A DNA stretch of 62,416 bases, the filler included. It is 3 parts of 3 records of this genome, joined end to end, with 100 filler letters (N's around TTAATTAATTAA, not from the genome) between each part and the next. Parts side by side here need not be neighbours in the genome. Positions count along the whole stretch, not along the records: positions 19,764 to 48,911 come from DRR723986_611; positions 49,012 to 62,416 come from DRR723986_612; 1 more part is not named here. One strand, 5' to 3'. Below the pieces are notes generated by a model. The model saw nothing but the letters and a program-made list of their open reading frames with translations, made no database searches and had not been told where the DNA came from. Shown one piece after another: positions 41,610-51,559 of the stretch (position 1 is its first letter; each line of letters starts with the position of its first letter). The translations under genes and the position numbers were made by a program.

Positions 41610-43058
41610 TCAATCATCTATCGCTGAATTGTCAGTATCGTCGTGTTGCAGATCAGCGCGATCGCTGAGTGCCGCTGGAATCTGCTTTTTAACCTTCGCG
41701 CCCAGAGCCTCAAGTCTGGCAATACGACCGACCACGTTGCCGCGCCCCTCTGTCATACGCTTAAGGGTTTTCTCATAGGCTTGTTGGCCTCTGTCCAGGT
41801 GCTTACCCAGGTCTTCCAGAGACTCGGACACCAATACAAATTGGTCGTGCAAGGCACCCGCTTCGCGAGCAATTTTCTCGGCGTTGCGGTTTTGGCGCTC
41901 GTAACGCCAGATACTCTGCACCGTGCGCAGCGTCGCCAATAAGGTTGTCGGCCCGACAACCACAATGTTTTGCTCATACGCGCTGCGAAACAGCTCCGGA
42001 TCATGTTCAAAAGCCGCCATAAACGCGGCCTCCACCGGGATAAAGATAAACACGAAATCCAGGGTTCGCAGGCCCTCAATATGTTGATAGGCCTTGGTCG
42101 ACAAGCCCCCGATATGCTGGCGCACCGACTGGATATGCTCTTTGAGCGCAGCGCTGCGCTCGCTGTCATCCTCGCTGCTGCAGTAGCGTTCATAAGCAAT
42201 AAGAGAGACTTTGGCATCGATAATGATGTCTTTGTCGTCAGGCAAGTGGACGATCACGTCGGGCTGACGGCGGCGCCCCTGCTCATCAGTAAAACTTTGC
42301 TGGGTGTCATACTCGTGGCCCTTGCGCAGCCCGGACTCCTCCAACACCCGCTCCAGAATCACTTCGCCCCAGTTGCCCTGCGCCTTGTTGTCCCCTTTAA
42401 GCGCGCGCGTTAAGTTGTGCGCCTCGCGACTGATACTGTGGTTCATTTCCTGAAGGGTTTTTAACTGCTCGCGCAATTCACCATGCTGGCGATTTTCGAT
42501 GTCGTAAATTTGGTTTACGCGCTCCTGAAAGCCTTTAAGTTGTTCGCGAAAGGGATTGAGCGACTGCTGAAGGCTCTGTTGATTACTCTCGCTAAAGCGG
42601 CGGGATTTTTCGTCAAAGATCTTGTGCGCCAACTTCTCGAACTGCGCACTCAGTTCTTCCTTGGCCTGCTTGAGCAGGCCAATTTGCTCGGCGCTGGCAG
42701 TTTGCAGGTGCTGATAGTCACTCTCTTTGCGCGCCAGCGCCGCCTGAGCGTCCGCCAGTTGCTTGCGGTACGCCTCGGCTTTTGCCAGCTCCTCTGCCTG
42801 ATGGCGCACTCTATCCTGAGCAACGGCTTCAGCGCGCTGCGCCTCATTAGCCCGTTGCTCAGCGGCATTCAAGCGATGTTGTGCGGTGTCTAAACGCGCG
42901 TTAAGGTCCTCGCTCTGTGCACGTAATGCGTCCATTTGCTGGACCGTTTTTTGTCGCTCAAGCACGGCTATGCGATGCCAGATCAGCGCACCAATACCCA
43001 GCCCTAGCAGTAGCGCTACCGCGCTGCTAACAAGCAAAATTAGATCTACATTATTCAT
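41610..43058 (-). CDS. rmuC: DNA recombination protein RmuC
   Basis: N-terminal TM plus coiled coil; KAQGNWGE..LE, QPDVIVHLP, IIDAKVSL, PTTLLATL. Confidence 0.93.
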   Translation of the reverse strand: MNNVDLILLVSSAVALLLGLGIGALIWHRIAVLERQKTVQQMDALRAQSEDLNARLDTAQHRLNAAEQRANEAQRAEAVAQDRVRHQAEELAKAEAYRKQLADAQAALARKESDYQHLQTASAEQIGLLKQAKEELSAQFEKLAHKIFDEKSRRFSESNQQSLQQSLNPFREQLKGFQERVNQIYDIENRQHGELREQLKTLQEMNHSISREAHNLTRALKGDNKAQGNWGEVILERVLEESGLRKGHEYDTQQSFTDEQGRRRQPDVIVHLPDDKDIIIDAKVSLIAYERYCSSEDDSERSAALKEHIQSVRQHIGGLSTKAYQHIEGLRTLDFVFIFIPVEAAFMAAFEHDPELFRSAYEQNIVVVGPTTLLATLRTVQSIWRYERQNRNAEKIAREAGALHDQFVLVSESLEDLGKHLDRGQQAYEKTLKRMTEGRGNVVGRIARLEALGAKVKKQIPAALSDRADLQHDDTDNSAIDD

Positions 43059-43135
43059 TGTATTCGGGCTGACTAGAAAGTGAATGGAGTACTATACACC
43101 GAGCGCTGACACCCTACCCGGGTGCCGCGCAGCGG

Positions 43136-43699
43136 CTATTGGTCGAAGTTCCAGTTTACGTGCTTGGCCCAGAGGGGGCCGGGCTTACCCAGGCGAATGG
43201 GGTAATCGTTGCGCCGACGGTCTTCGAAATAATCTATCAAAATATCGGTAACCACCGGAAACGCCAGCTCGGACCAGGGAATGTCTTCTTCTCGGAAAAG
43301 CTTACTTTCCAGGCTTTCCGGACCGACGCCGAAATCGCCGTCGAGTTCACCGCGAAAAAATACATACACCTGATTGATATGGGGAATATCGAATAATCGA
43401 TACAGGCTCTCGTCCTTCACTTTGGCGGCCGCTTCCTCACGGGTTTCCCTGAGAGCGCCCTCCAGCATCGTCTCGCCGTTTTCCATAAAACCGGCGGGAA
43501 TCGTCCAGAACCCCAACCGCGGCTCAATAGCGCGCCGGCAAAGCAGAACCTGATCGCCGATGGTGGGCAGGCAGCCCACCACCACACGGGGGTTTTGGTA
43601 ATGAATAATGTCGCACTGAGTGCATGTATAACGTGGTCGGTCGTCTCCTTCCGGCACACGGAGTTCAACCGGCGCACCACACTCACTGCAAAACTTCAT
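43136..43699 (-). CDS. Zn-ribbon NUDIX hydrolase
   Basis: FCSECG...CTQC..IHYQNP; Nudix box GFMENGET...GALRETREEA. Confidence 0.9.
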   Translation of the reverse strand: MKFCSECGAPVELRVPEGDDRPRYTCTQCDIIHYQNPRVVVGCLPTIGDQVLLCRRAIEPRLGFWTIPAGFMENGETMLEGALRETREEAAAKVKDESLYRLFDIPHINQVYVFFRGELDGDFGVGPESLESKLFREEDIPWSELAFPVVTDILIDYFEDRRRNDYPIRLGKPGPLWAKHVNWNFDQ

Positions 43700-43730
43700 C
43701 TATACCGCTACTCCGCTGAGAGGCAAAGTC

Positions 43731-44207
43731 CTAGCGCAGTTCCTGATAGCCACCACCGTGGAAAACAAGAGGTTTACCAGTGGGACTCAGGTCCATTTCA
43801 GTAACTTTACCAACAAGAATCAAATGATCCCCGCCATCATAGCGCTGCCAGATATCACATTCAAAGCTAGTGAGTGCACCGCGCAGAACCGGCAGGCCAC
43901 TTTTACCAATGCGGTAGTGATCCTTATCCAGTTGGTGAGCATCTTTCTTCGCATATTGGTTGGACAGGCCAACCTGCTCTTGGCTCAGTACGTTGACCGT
44001 AAAGCCATCGGCGGCTTCAAAGGCCGGGTAACATTCGGAGTCGTTACGCAGGCTCCACAGCACCAGAGCCGGGTCCAGCGACACCGAGGCAAATGAATTA
44101 ACCGTCATACCGAAAGGCTCATAGCCGCGTGGATTGGCGGTAATTACGCACACACCTGTCGCGAACTGACCGAGGGCATTGCGGAAGTTACGGGGATCGA
44201 AGCTCAT
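43731..44207 (-). CDS. Flavin reductase-like protein
   Basis: FRNALGQFATGV, TVNSF.SVSLDP, GGDH. Confidence 0.9.
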   Translation of the reverse strand: MSFDPRNFRNALGQFATGVCVITANPRGYEPFGMTVNSFASVSLDPALVLWSLRNDSECYPAFEAADGFTVNVLSQEQVGLSNQYAKKDAHQLDKDHYRIGKSGLPVLRGALTSFECDIWQRYDGGDHLILVGKVTEMDLSPTGKPLVFHGGGYQELR

Positions 44208-44327
44208 AAATATCCTGTTATCTGTGATTCGCCGCCGACCTGCGTATGGGCCGGCGTGAGGAGCGCGTAGTATACCGTGGGAATGCATTCACCGATGCTG
44301 TTACAGCTCGTCCGAACGGCTGACGCC

Positions 44328-44774
44328 CTACCAGCGCGCGGCGGCCCTATCGTCGCTTTCCCTGGCGTCCACCCAGCGGCTCTCACCGTTGTGCAGTTGT
44401 TCTTTTTTCCAAAATGGCGCCTGGGTTTTAAGGTAGTCCATAACGAACTCACAGGCTTGAAATGCAGCGCGACGGTGCGCCGCGCTCACCGCAACCAGTA
44501 CAATCTGCTCGCCGGGCAGCACGGTACCAACTCGATGGATAACGGTGCAACCAAGCAAGGACCAGCGCTCACTCGCCTCTACCACAATGCGCTCGATGCT
44601 GGACTCGGTCATACCGGGGTAATGCTCAAGGTGCATCGATGCCACGGTGTCGCCCTGGTTGTTATCGCGCATTACGCCTACAAACTGCACAATTGCGCCG
44701 CTGGCGGTGCTGCGCAGTTGCGCTACTTCAGCGCCTGCATCGAAATCCTCAACCTGAACTAAAACTTTAATCAC
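44328..44774 (-). CDS. moaE: Molybdopterin synthase catalytic subunit
   Basis: LEHYPGMT, HRVG, HRRAAF.AC...MDYLKT.APFWKKE. Confidence 0.95.
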   Translation of the reverse strand: MIKVLVQVEDFDAGAEVAQLRSTASGAIVQFVGVMRDNNQGDTVASMHLEHYPGMTESSIERIVVEASERWSLLGCTVIHRVGTVLPGEQIVLVAVSAAHRRAAFQACEFVMDYLKTQAPFWKKEQLHNGESRWVDARESDDRAAARW

Positions 44775-44779
44775 TTAAC

Positions 44780-45028
44780 TTAACCTCCTGTAACTGGAGG
44801 AAAAAAAGCAACCTCATCACCCTTGGAAACAGGGCTTTCGTCGGCAGCAACTTGCTGGTTAATCGCGCATAGCAAATTTTCCTGGGCGAACTGCTCGGCC
44901 CAACAATCATTGCGCGTGGACAGCTGTGCCTTAAGGCCGGCTACGGTGCCGGCGTAGTCAATTTCCAAATCAGAGGCGCCCAAGGTTTCACGCAGCTTGG
45001 CAAAGAACAAGACCTTAATCATGGTCAT
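44780..45028 (-). CDS. moaD: Molybdopterin synthase sulfur carrier
   Basis: [10 protein letters not shown]...[14 protein letters not shown]-terminal Gly-Gly. Confidence 0.95.
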   Translation of the reverse strand: MTMIKVLFFAKLRETLGASDLEIDYAGTVAGLKAQLSTRNDCWAEQFAQENLLCAINQQVAADESPVSKGDEVAFFPPVTGG

Positions 45029-45512
45029 GCCCCTCCGCCGACCACTCGCCGGAACGCCCGCCTCGCTTGCTGAGAAGGCGGATGCCCTCAATGCACATAC
45101 CTTTATCGACAGCCTTACACATGTCGTAGATCGTCAATGCAGCCACAGATACAGCCGTTAGGGCTTCCATCTCGACGCCGGTTTGCGCAGCTAATTTACA
45201 CCGCGCACGAATGTGCACGCACTGCCCTGCACTGTCGATGTCAAAATCGACCTTGACTGAAGACAGCATCAGCGGGTGGCACAAGGGGATCAAATCGCTG
45301 CATTTTTTTGCCGCTTGAATGCCCGCCAACCTGGCTACACCGAGCACATCACCCTTTTTATGATTGCCAGCGGCAACCATAGCCAGCGTTTCTGCTTGCA
45401 TCACCACACGGCCTGTCGCCTCGGCTTCCCTGGCCGTTACCGCTTTATCGGTCACGTCGACCATGCTCGCCTGGCCCTGGGCATCAAAATGCGTGAACTG
45501 TTTTTCTTCCAC
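45015..45512 (-). CDS. moaC: Cyclic pyranopterin monophosphate synthase
   Basis: [45 protein letters not shown] start inferred. Confidence 0.95.
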   Translation of the reverse strand: MEEKQFTHFDAQGQASMVDVTDKAVTAREAEATGRVVMQAETLAMVAAGNHKKGDVLGVARLAGIQAAKKCSDLIPLCHPLMLSSVKVDFDIDSAGQCVHIRARCKLAAQTGVEMEALTAVSVAALTIYDMCKAVDKGMCIEGIRLLSKRGGRSGEWSAEGHDHD

Positions 45513-45516
45513 GTGA

Positions 45517-46161
45517 TCACCCATAGCGACTGTCAGCAACGAAAGGATTGGTCTGGCGTTCCTCGCCGAATGTCGAGGTCGGGCCATGGCCGGGGATAAA
45601 GGTGACATCATCCCCTAGCGGCCAGAGTTTTTCTCGGATGGACGTAATCAAGGTATCGTAATCACCACGCGGGAAGTCAGTGCGACCGATCGAGCCTTGA
45701 AATAACACATCACCGACAATCGCCAGCTTGCTCGGCTCATGAAAAAACACCACATGCCCCGGGGTGTGCCCAGGGCAATGACTGACCGCCAGCTGCTGGT
45801 TCCCGAAACTAACAGACTCACCGTCATCCAGCCAGCGGTCCGGCGTGAAAGCCTCCGCATGGGGAAAGCCGGACATCTGGCACCATTCAGGCAATTTGTC
45901 AATCCAGAATGCATCGTCCTTATGCGGCCCGATGATCTGCACCCCGTATTTCTGGCGCAAGGTATCTGCCGCCGCGCAATGATCCATATGGCCATGGGTC
46001 AGCAAAATCACTGACAGTTTGCCGCCCAACTGCTCCAACGCTGCCTCGATGCGGTCAATATCGCCGCCTGGATCAACCACCGCGGCTTGCCCCGTTTCTT
46101 CACAGAGCAGCACCGAGCAATTTTGCTGATATGCCGTTACCGGCACCATCGCACACTTCAT
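45517..46161 (-). CDS. Metallo-beta-lactamase-fold hydrolase (YcbL/GloC-like)
   Basis: THGHMDH, PGHTPGH, GDVLF.GSIGRTD, PGHG. Confidence 0.88.
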   Translation of the reverse strand: MKCAMVPVTAYQQNCSVLLCEETGQAAVVDPGGDIDRIEAALEQLGGKLSVILLTHGHMDHCAAADTLRQKYGVQIIGPHKDDAFWIDKLPEWCQMSGFPHAEAFTPDRWLDDGESVSFGNQQLAVSHCPGHTPGHVVFFHEPSKLAIVGDVLFQGSIGRTDFPRGDYDTLITSIREKLWPLGDDVTFIPGHGPTSTFGEERQTNPFVADSRYG

Positions 46162-46386
46162 TTTTTCTTCCACTTCGTTATTCCACATCTGGCGACAATG
46201 ATAAGCAGTCGACTGGCAACTTCATAGCGCAAGCGGCGATAAATCGATACTGGCACGCTGTTTGCTGCTGTTTGGTCACTGTTACTGAGAAACCACAAAC
46301 GTCGCAAACACTAGCTTAGCTAGCCATTTACACAGGGAGGTGAGCAGTTCGCCAGGAGGCGATACATTATTAGAGGTAATTTCACT

Positions 46387-48216
46387 ATGCAGCGTGCATT
46401 CGCATACACCCTAGCCCCCATCGTCCTCGCACTTGCTGCGTGCGGCGGCTCGTCCAGCTCATCAAGTACCAGCGCGCCGCCTACCACTCCAGGTGGGGAA
46501 TTTGTGCTGGAAGAAGCCACCACGGCGGACGTCCACGCGGCGCTTCGCGGCGATCTCAGCCTTGCCGATGGTCAGCGACTCACCTGCGAAGCCCTCGTTA
46601 ATATGTATATCCAGCGAATCTTCGCCTATAACGACAACCCCCAACCAAACGGTGGGCTGCCTATTCGCGGCGTGCTTGCTGTTAACCCCGACAGTATCGA
46701 CCAGGCCAAGGCGCTGGATGCCCTCTATGCACGTGACGGTGGCATCGGCGATCGCCCGCTGCACTGCATGCCCGTTTTATTGAAAGACAACTACGACACC
46801 TACGATTACCCAAGCACACAGGGCTCCTACAGTATGCTCGGCCATCAGGCCGGGGTAGATGCCCACTCGGTTGCGGGCTTGCGACAGGCCGGAGCAGTCA
46901 TTCTTGGCAAGGCCAATCAAGACGAATTCGCCTTTTTTACTACTGGCTTTTCCAATCGCGCCATCCAGGTAAGCAACCCCTATAACACCTCAGAAAGCCC
47001 CGCTGGTTCATCCTCTGGCACCGGCGCGTCTATCGCCGCCAACTTTGCCCTCGGCGGCACCGGTAGTGACACCTGCCAGTCAATTCGCCATCCCTCCTCA
47101 GTTAACGGCTTAGTGGGCATCCGCCCCAGTTTAGGTGTTATCTCTCAGCACGGCATCTTCCCTCTCAGCCACGAGCGCGACACCGGTGGGCCAATGACAA
47201 GAACGGTGCGTGACGCAGCGTTAATGCTCGATGCAATGGCGGGTGTTGATCCGCGCGACCCGAAAACCCTTCTCTACCCAGCCGAATTGCGGCCCGAAAG
47301 CTATATGAGCTTTCTGGACCGGGAAAAATATGGCCTGAAGGGAAGAAAAATTGGCGTGGTAAAACAGCTGGGTAGCAACAGCGATACGGCAGGTACCGGC
47401 GCCCAGGGCGAACTGATTAGCGCCGCTGTTGAAAAAATGCGTGAATTGGGCGCAGAGGTCTATGACATCTACCTCCCCGATTTTGAGAGCCGCGGCGCGG
47501 GTTCACGGCACTATGATATGAACCAGTACTTCCTCACCTTCGAGGAAGAAGGCGGAGACAGCCCCAGAGCCTGCGTAAGCAGCCTGGCAATTGCCACCAA
47601 CGGCTCCGACTCCATCGCCCATGAGCGCGAGGCCTGCAGTGGCCTGGACGGCATACTTGAAACGGGCAGAGTGGGACCGCGCACGGCCGCGCTATTCGCG
47701 CTTGTTGCCGCAGACGACCCAAATCTTGCGCCCAGCGAAGCCCAGCTCAACGGTCTGATAGAAATGCGTGACTACACCACCTCACTTATGGATGCCTTAG
47801 TCGATGAGTCAGGCGAACCGGTACTGGACGAAAATGGTGCACAGGTACGCTTGGATGCGCTGATTTTGAGCCCGGGGCCGACCGGCGGCAGAACCTGCGA
47901 TTTCGGTTCGACGACTCAAATGGGCTCAATCGTCGTGCCAGTCGGCTTTGACGACAGCGTTGGTGTACCGCGAGGCATGGAAATATTCGTTCGCCAGTAT
48001 GACGAGGGAACCGGACTTGCCATCGCTTACGACTACGAACAGGCAACTCTGCACCGTCAGCCCCCCAGTATTTCGCCCTCTCCCCTGACAGCGGACCAGA
48101 GCATTGCAGACTTCAATGCACGCATGCAGCAGGCCTTATCAGAGGCACTGACCGAAGCCCCTGAGAACCTGCCGGTAGAGCATTACATTGAAGTTCTGGG
48201 AAATATTGGCGGCTAA
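46387..48216 (+). CDS. Amidase-signature family lipoprotein
   Basis: Lipobox LAAC followed by a Ser/Pro linker; [32 protein letters not shown]. Confidence 0.82.
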   Translation: MQRAFAYTLAPIVLALAACGGSSSSSSTSAPPTTPGGEFVLEEATTADVHAALRGDLSLADGQRLTCEALVNMYIQRIFAYNDNPQPNGGLPIRGVLAVNPDSIDQAKALDALYARDGGIGDRPLHCMPVLLKDNYDTYDYPSTQGSYSMLGHQAGVDAHSVAGLRQAGAVILGKANQDEFAFFTTGFSNRAIQVSNPYNTSESPAGSSSGTGASIAANFALGGTGSDTCQSIRHPSSVNGLVGIRPSLGVISQHGIFPLSHERDTGGPMTRTVRDAALMLDAMAGVDPRDPKTLLYPAELRPESYMSFLDREKYGLKGRKIGVVKQLGSNSDTAGTGAQGELISAAVEKMRELGAEVYDIYLPDFESRGAGSRHYDMNQYFLTFEEEGGDSPRACVSSLAIATNGSDSIAHEREACSGLDGILETGRVGPRTAALFALVAADDPNLAPSEAQLNGLIEMRDYTTSLMDALVDESGEPVLDENGAQVRLDALILSPGPTGGRTCDFGSTTQMGSIVVPVGFDDSVGVPRGMEIFVRQYDEGTGLAIAYDYEQATLHRQPPSISPSPLTADQSIADFNARMQQALSEALTEAPENLPVEHYIEVLGNIGG

Positions 48217-48234
48217 CACCGCCAGCTGAAAACC

Positions 48235-48561
48235 TTACTTATAAAACACCCGTCCCCGGTACACATGCTTTTTAGCGCCGGGGGCCGGGTTTTGCTGCTC
48301 ATCAATAGAGGGAATCTTATGCCCCCGGTAAGTAATCTCGGTAATAGCCTCAAGCGATTTTTTCTCCGCCGACTCTCGACCAGCGAGGCTGAGTAGCTCG
48401 CCGATGGTGTTTTTCGAGATAGGGTCGCGGGTGCGGGGCGCCAACGCCGACAAAATATCTAGCAATTCCGGATCGGCCAAACGAATACGAATGCCAAACT
48501 CGGCATACAATCTGGAGCGCAGCTTCTGAAGGCGCGACACCATCTCCGGGGTATACAACAT
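48235..48561 (-). CDS. Hypothetical protein with two YRG motifs
   Basis: AAGGA RBS; ITYRGH and VYRGRV near the C-terminus. Confidence 0.55.
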   Translation of the reverse strand: MLYTPEMVSRLQKLRSRLYAEFGIRIRLADPELLDILSALAPRTRDPISKNTIGELLSLAGRESAEKKSLEAITEITYRGHKIPSIDEQQNPAPGAKKHVYRGRVFYK

Positions 48562-48732
48562 TGGATATCCTTAGCCGCACAAGGCGTAGCGTGAATAAGC
48601 AGCAACGTCGACGCAAGAAATGTTCCACTCTTACCGTAGCAGCAAGCGCCAATGTAAATTCACAATTGCCAAGGCGTAGAAAATCCCTTAGAGTGTCGGC
48701 CCTCAAAACACAGCCTCGGCTGTACCTGTTTT

Positions 48733-48820
48733 GGTGAGGTGTCTGAGTGGTCGAAAGAGCACGCCTGGAAAGTGTGTGTACGGCAACGTACCGAGGGTTC
48801 GAATCCCTCCCTCACCGCCA
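48733..48820 (+). tRNA. tRNA-Ser(GGA)
   Basis: Acceptor GGTGAGG/CCTCACC plus GCCA; anticodon arm CACGC-CTGGAAA-GTGTG; long variable arm; GGTTCGAATCC. Confidence 0.97.
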
Positions 48821-48859
48821 TAAATAAAAAACCCGGCCTTGAGCCGGGTTTTTTATTTA
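48821..48859 (+). terminator. Intrinsic (bidirectional-type) terminator after tRNA-Ser
   Basis: TAAATAAAAAACCCGGC-loop-GCCGGGTTTTTTATTTA. Confidence 0.85.
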
Positions 48860-48911
48860 TCCCGTGGGGGTCGGTGAGAACCCTCGCCAGGGTTCGATAA
48901 AACGCAACGCG

Positions 48912-49011
48912 NNNNNNNNNNNNNNNNNNNNNNNNNNNNNNNNNNNNNNNNNNNNTTAATTAATTAANNNNNNNNNNNNNNNNNNNNNNNNNNNNNNNNN
49001 NNNNNNNNNNN
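48912..49011. other. Artificial contig spacer
   Basis: 100 nt of N with TTAATTAATTAA at 48956-48967. Confidence 0.98.
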
Positions 49012-49161
49012 GTTCAAAACACCCTTGCCTTCGATCACGTCTTTCTTTTCAGCATTAAAGGCAGTGGCGTCATCTTTGAAATACTGCACGATTGTGCCCG
49101 GCTCGGGACCTTCGTACAGGGTCTTTGCCTTGCCTTCATAGATTTTTTTGCGACGCGCCAT
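49012..49161 (-). CDS. purC: SAICAR synthetase, N-terminal fragment
   Basis: [16 protein letters not shown]...[12 protein letters not shown]...IEGKGVLN. Confidence 0.93.
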
Positions 49162-49293
49162 CTGTGACCCTTTCAGGCTAATATTGGGGAATGAGTCCCC
49201 GTCCTTGTCGCCCTCATAGTGCAAGCAACCCAGTGTCGCAAGCTGGGCGCACGTCTCAAGGCCGTATTCCTGTATGGAAATGGCCGTGCGCGC

Positions 49294-49749
49294 CTAGTCC
49301 AAAGTGCGATGCAGGATCACCAGCACTTCGAACATGTGCAGGAATCTGTCGGACTGAATGCCCAAAGCCATTGCAATCTCATACAGCTTGTCGTGCTCGG
49401 CTTCATCATACTGCCCATCGCTCAACACAACCTGCATTGCCAAACTCAAGGCTGTTTCTCGTAACGGTAAACTCAGTTTGCCAGAGACCTTGGTACACAC
49501 CTGTTCAACGTTTGCATTGGCTTCTGATCGAACGCATTCGCGAATGAGCTCTCTTAGCTCATTCTCTGAATAGCCTTGAAAGATCGGGCTAATCACCAAA
49601 AGCCGCGCGACTTGATCAACGACATGATCACAAAGCAGTTCACCACCGGATAGAACCAACAAAGGGACTGCCAGAACGAACCGAGGGGCCTCGGGTGCTT
49701 CGCCTTTTGGCCAAGCCTCTTGCTGACGCGATTTTAGAAAAAATGTCAC
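49294..49749 (-). CDS. TerB-family (tellurite resistance B-like) protein
   Basis: LRETAL.LA..V.LSDG....E...L..IA.ALGI. Start uncertain. Confidence 0.65.
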   Translation of the reverse strand: MTFFLKSRQQEAWPKGEAPEAPRFVLAVPLLVLSGGELLCDHVVDQVARLLVISPIFQGYSENELRELIRECVRSEANANVEQVCTKVSGKLSLPLRETALSLAMQVVLSDGQYDEAEHDKLYEIAMALGIQSDRFLHMFEVLVILHRTLD

Positions 49750-49955
49750 CAATGATTCCCGATGTCGGCGTCCTACTGCTTCATCTTTTAGTGTCAGACC
49801 CGACAGCACAAAAGACCCCAAGTACCATTTCTCAACCTAAGTTTGGCGCTTTGTCGTTTCCGGGCGGCTTTGCCGCAGACTTATCCCTTGCACGCCTGCA
49901 GTTGCATTGTCATATCTTTGAACAAAGATATCACTATTGAAAGAGGTCCGATTCA

Positions 49956-50273
49956 ATGACCACATTCGACGACCGCGAAAACGCGTTTGAGTCCAAGTAT
50001 GCACATGACGAAGAGATGCAGTTCAAAGCCGTTGCGCGCCGCAACAAACTTGTTGGTCTCTGGGCTGCTGGTTTGATGGGTAAATCTGACGCAGACGCTG
50101 CTGAATACGCAAAAACCGTTGTTTTGTCCGACTTCGAAGAAGCTGGACACGAGGATGTTGTTCGCAAGGTCGAAGGCGATCTGAACGGTTTGGCTGATGC
50201 AGATGCAATTCGCGCCAAAATGGCCGAACTGCTGCCGCAAGCACAACAAGAGATCATGAGCGAAACAGACTGA
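49956..50273 (+). CDS. DUF1476 protein (alphaproteobacterial ATP synthase zeta-inhibitor family)
   Basis: MTTFDDRENAFESKYAHD...FK..ARRNKL.GLWAA. Confidence 0.88.
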   Translation: MTTFDDRENAFESKYAHDEEMQFKAVARRNKLVGLWAAGLMGKSDADAAEYAKTVVLSDFEEAGHEDVVRKVEGDLNGLADADAIRAKMAELLPQAQQEIMSETD

Positions 50274-50336
50274 GCACTACGCTCTGACCTTTTGCCCTCG
50301 GATTCATGATCATCATGAAATATCCGAATTTGATTT

Positions 50337-50370
50337 GACGCCTCGTCCATGACAGACGGGGCGTCTATTT
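50337..50370 (+). terminator. Hairpin terminator after DUF1476
   Basis: GACGCCTCGTC-loop-GACGGGGCGTC-TATTT. Confidence 0.55.
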
Positions 50371-50413
50371 GTATGTGTCGCCAGTCCGCGACATTCAGAC
50401 CGGGAATAAGATC

Positions 50414-51433
50414 ATGACCAACGCTTTTGCCGACATGCTGCAAAGTCACGACGTCATCCTTGCCGATGGTGCGACGGGAACAAACCTGTTCAACATGGGG
50501 CTTCAATCAGGTGATGCGCCCGAACTCTGGAACATCGACGAACCCGCCAAGATCACCGCCCTGTATCAGGGGTCTGTGGATGCGGGCAGCGACATGTTCC
50601 TGACCAACACCTTTGGTGGCACCTCTGCCCGTCTCAAACTGCACAACGCGCAGAATCGCGTGCGCGAACTCAGCCGAGCTGGGGCCGAATTGGGTCGAAA
50701 CGTTGCCGATAAGGCAGGCCGAAAAATCATCGTCGCAGGGTCCGTTGGCCCGACTGGCGAAATCATGGAACCTGTCGGATCACTGAGCCACGCCGCAGCC
50801 GTCGAGATGTTCCACGAACAGGCCGAAGGCCTGAAAGAAGGCGGCGTAGACATTCTGTGGCTCGAAACCATTTCAGCCCCCGAAGAATACCGTGCAGCGG
50901 CCGAAGCTTTCAAACTGGCAGGTATGCCCTGGGCTGGCACGATGAGCTTTGATACAGCAGGTCGCACCATGATGGGCATGACCTCAGCCGATATGGTCCA
51001 GATGGTCGAAGCATTGGATTACCCACCGCTGGCCTTTGGTGCCAACTGCGGAACAGGGGCGTCTGACATTCTACGCACCGTACTCGGCTTTGCAGCCCAA
51101 GGTACCGAGTGCCCGATAATCTCAAAAGGCAACGCTGGGATCCCAAAATATGTAGATGGACACATCCACTATGACGGAACGCCCGAGCTGATGGGGCACT
51201 ATGCCGTGATGGCGCGCGATTCCGGCGCAAAGGTCATCGGTGGATGTTGTGGCACCATGCCCGAGCACCTTCGCTCGATGCGTGCGGCCTTGGGTTCCAC
51301 CCCACGTGGTGCCCGTCCGACGTTGGATCAGATCACGGATGCCCTAGGGCCGTTCAGCTCTGCGTCTGATGGAACAGGCGACGATGAAACGCCAGAGCGT
51401 CGCAGCCGCGGTGGTCGCCGCCGACGCGCCTAA
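50414..51433 (+). CDS. bmt: Stand-alone homocysteine S-methyltransferase domain (betaine-homocysteine methyltransferase of split MetH)
   Basis: DGATGTNL, LTNTFG, GSVGPTG, ET.S, GANCG.G, NAGIP, IGGCCGT. Confidence 0.82.
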   Translation: MTNAFADMLQSHDVILADGATGTNLFNMGLQSGDAPELWNIDEPAKITALYQGSVDAGSDMFLTNTFGGTSARLKLHNAQNRVRELSRAGAELGRNVADKAGRKIIVAGSVGPTGEIMEPVGSLSHAAAVEMFHEQAEGLKEGGVDILWLETISAPEEYRAAAEAFKLAGMPWAGTMSFDTAGRTMMGMTSADMVQMVEALDYPPLAFGANCGTGASDILRTVLGFAAQGTECPIISKGNAGIPKYVDGHIHYDGTPELMGHYAVMARDSGAKVIGGCCGTMPEHLRSMRAALGSTPRGARPTLDQITDALGPFSSASDGTGDDETPERRSRGGRRRRA

Positions 51434-51450
51434 GCATCGGTTTATCATTC

Positions 51451-51481
51451 AAAGAGGCCCTGCAATTGCGGGGCCTTTTTT
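51451..51481 (+). terminator. Intrinsic terminator after bmt
   Basis: AAAGAGGCCCTGC-AATT-GCGGGGCCTTTTTT. Confidence 0.75.
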
Positions 51482-51559
51482 CGTTCCACGCCCAAGAAAA
51501 AAGAGGCAGGCGCGACAAGCGCGTCCACCTCTTCAGATTGACTTTACGAACTGAAAGGG

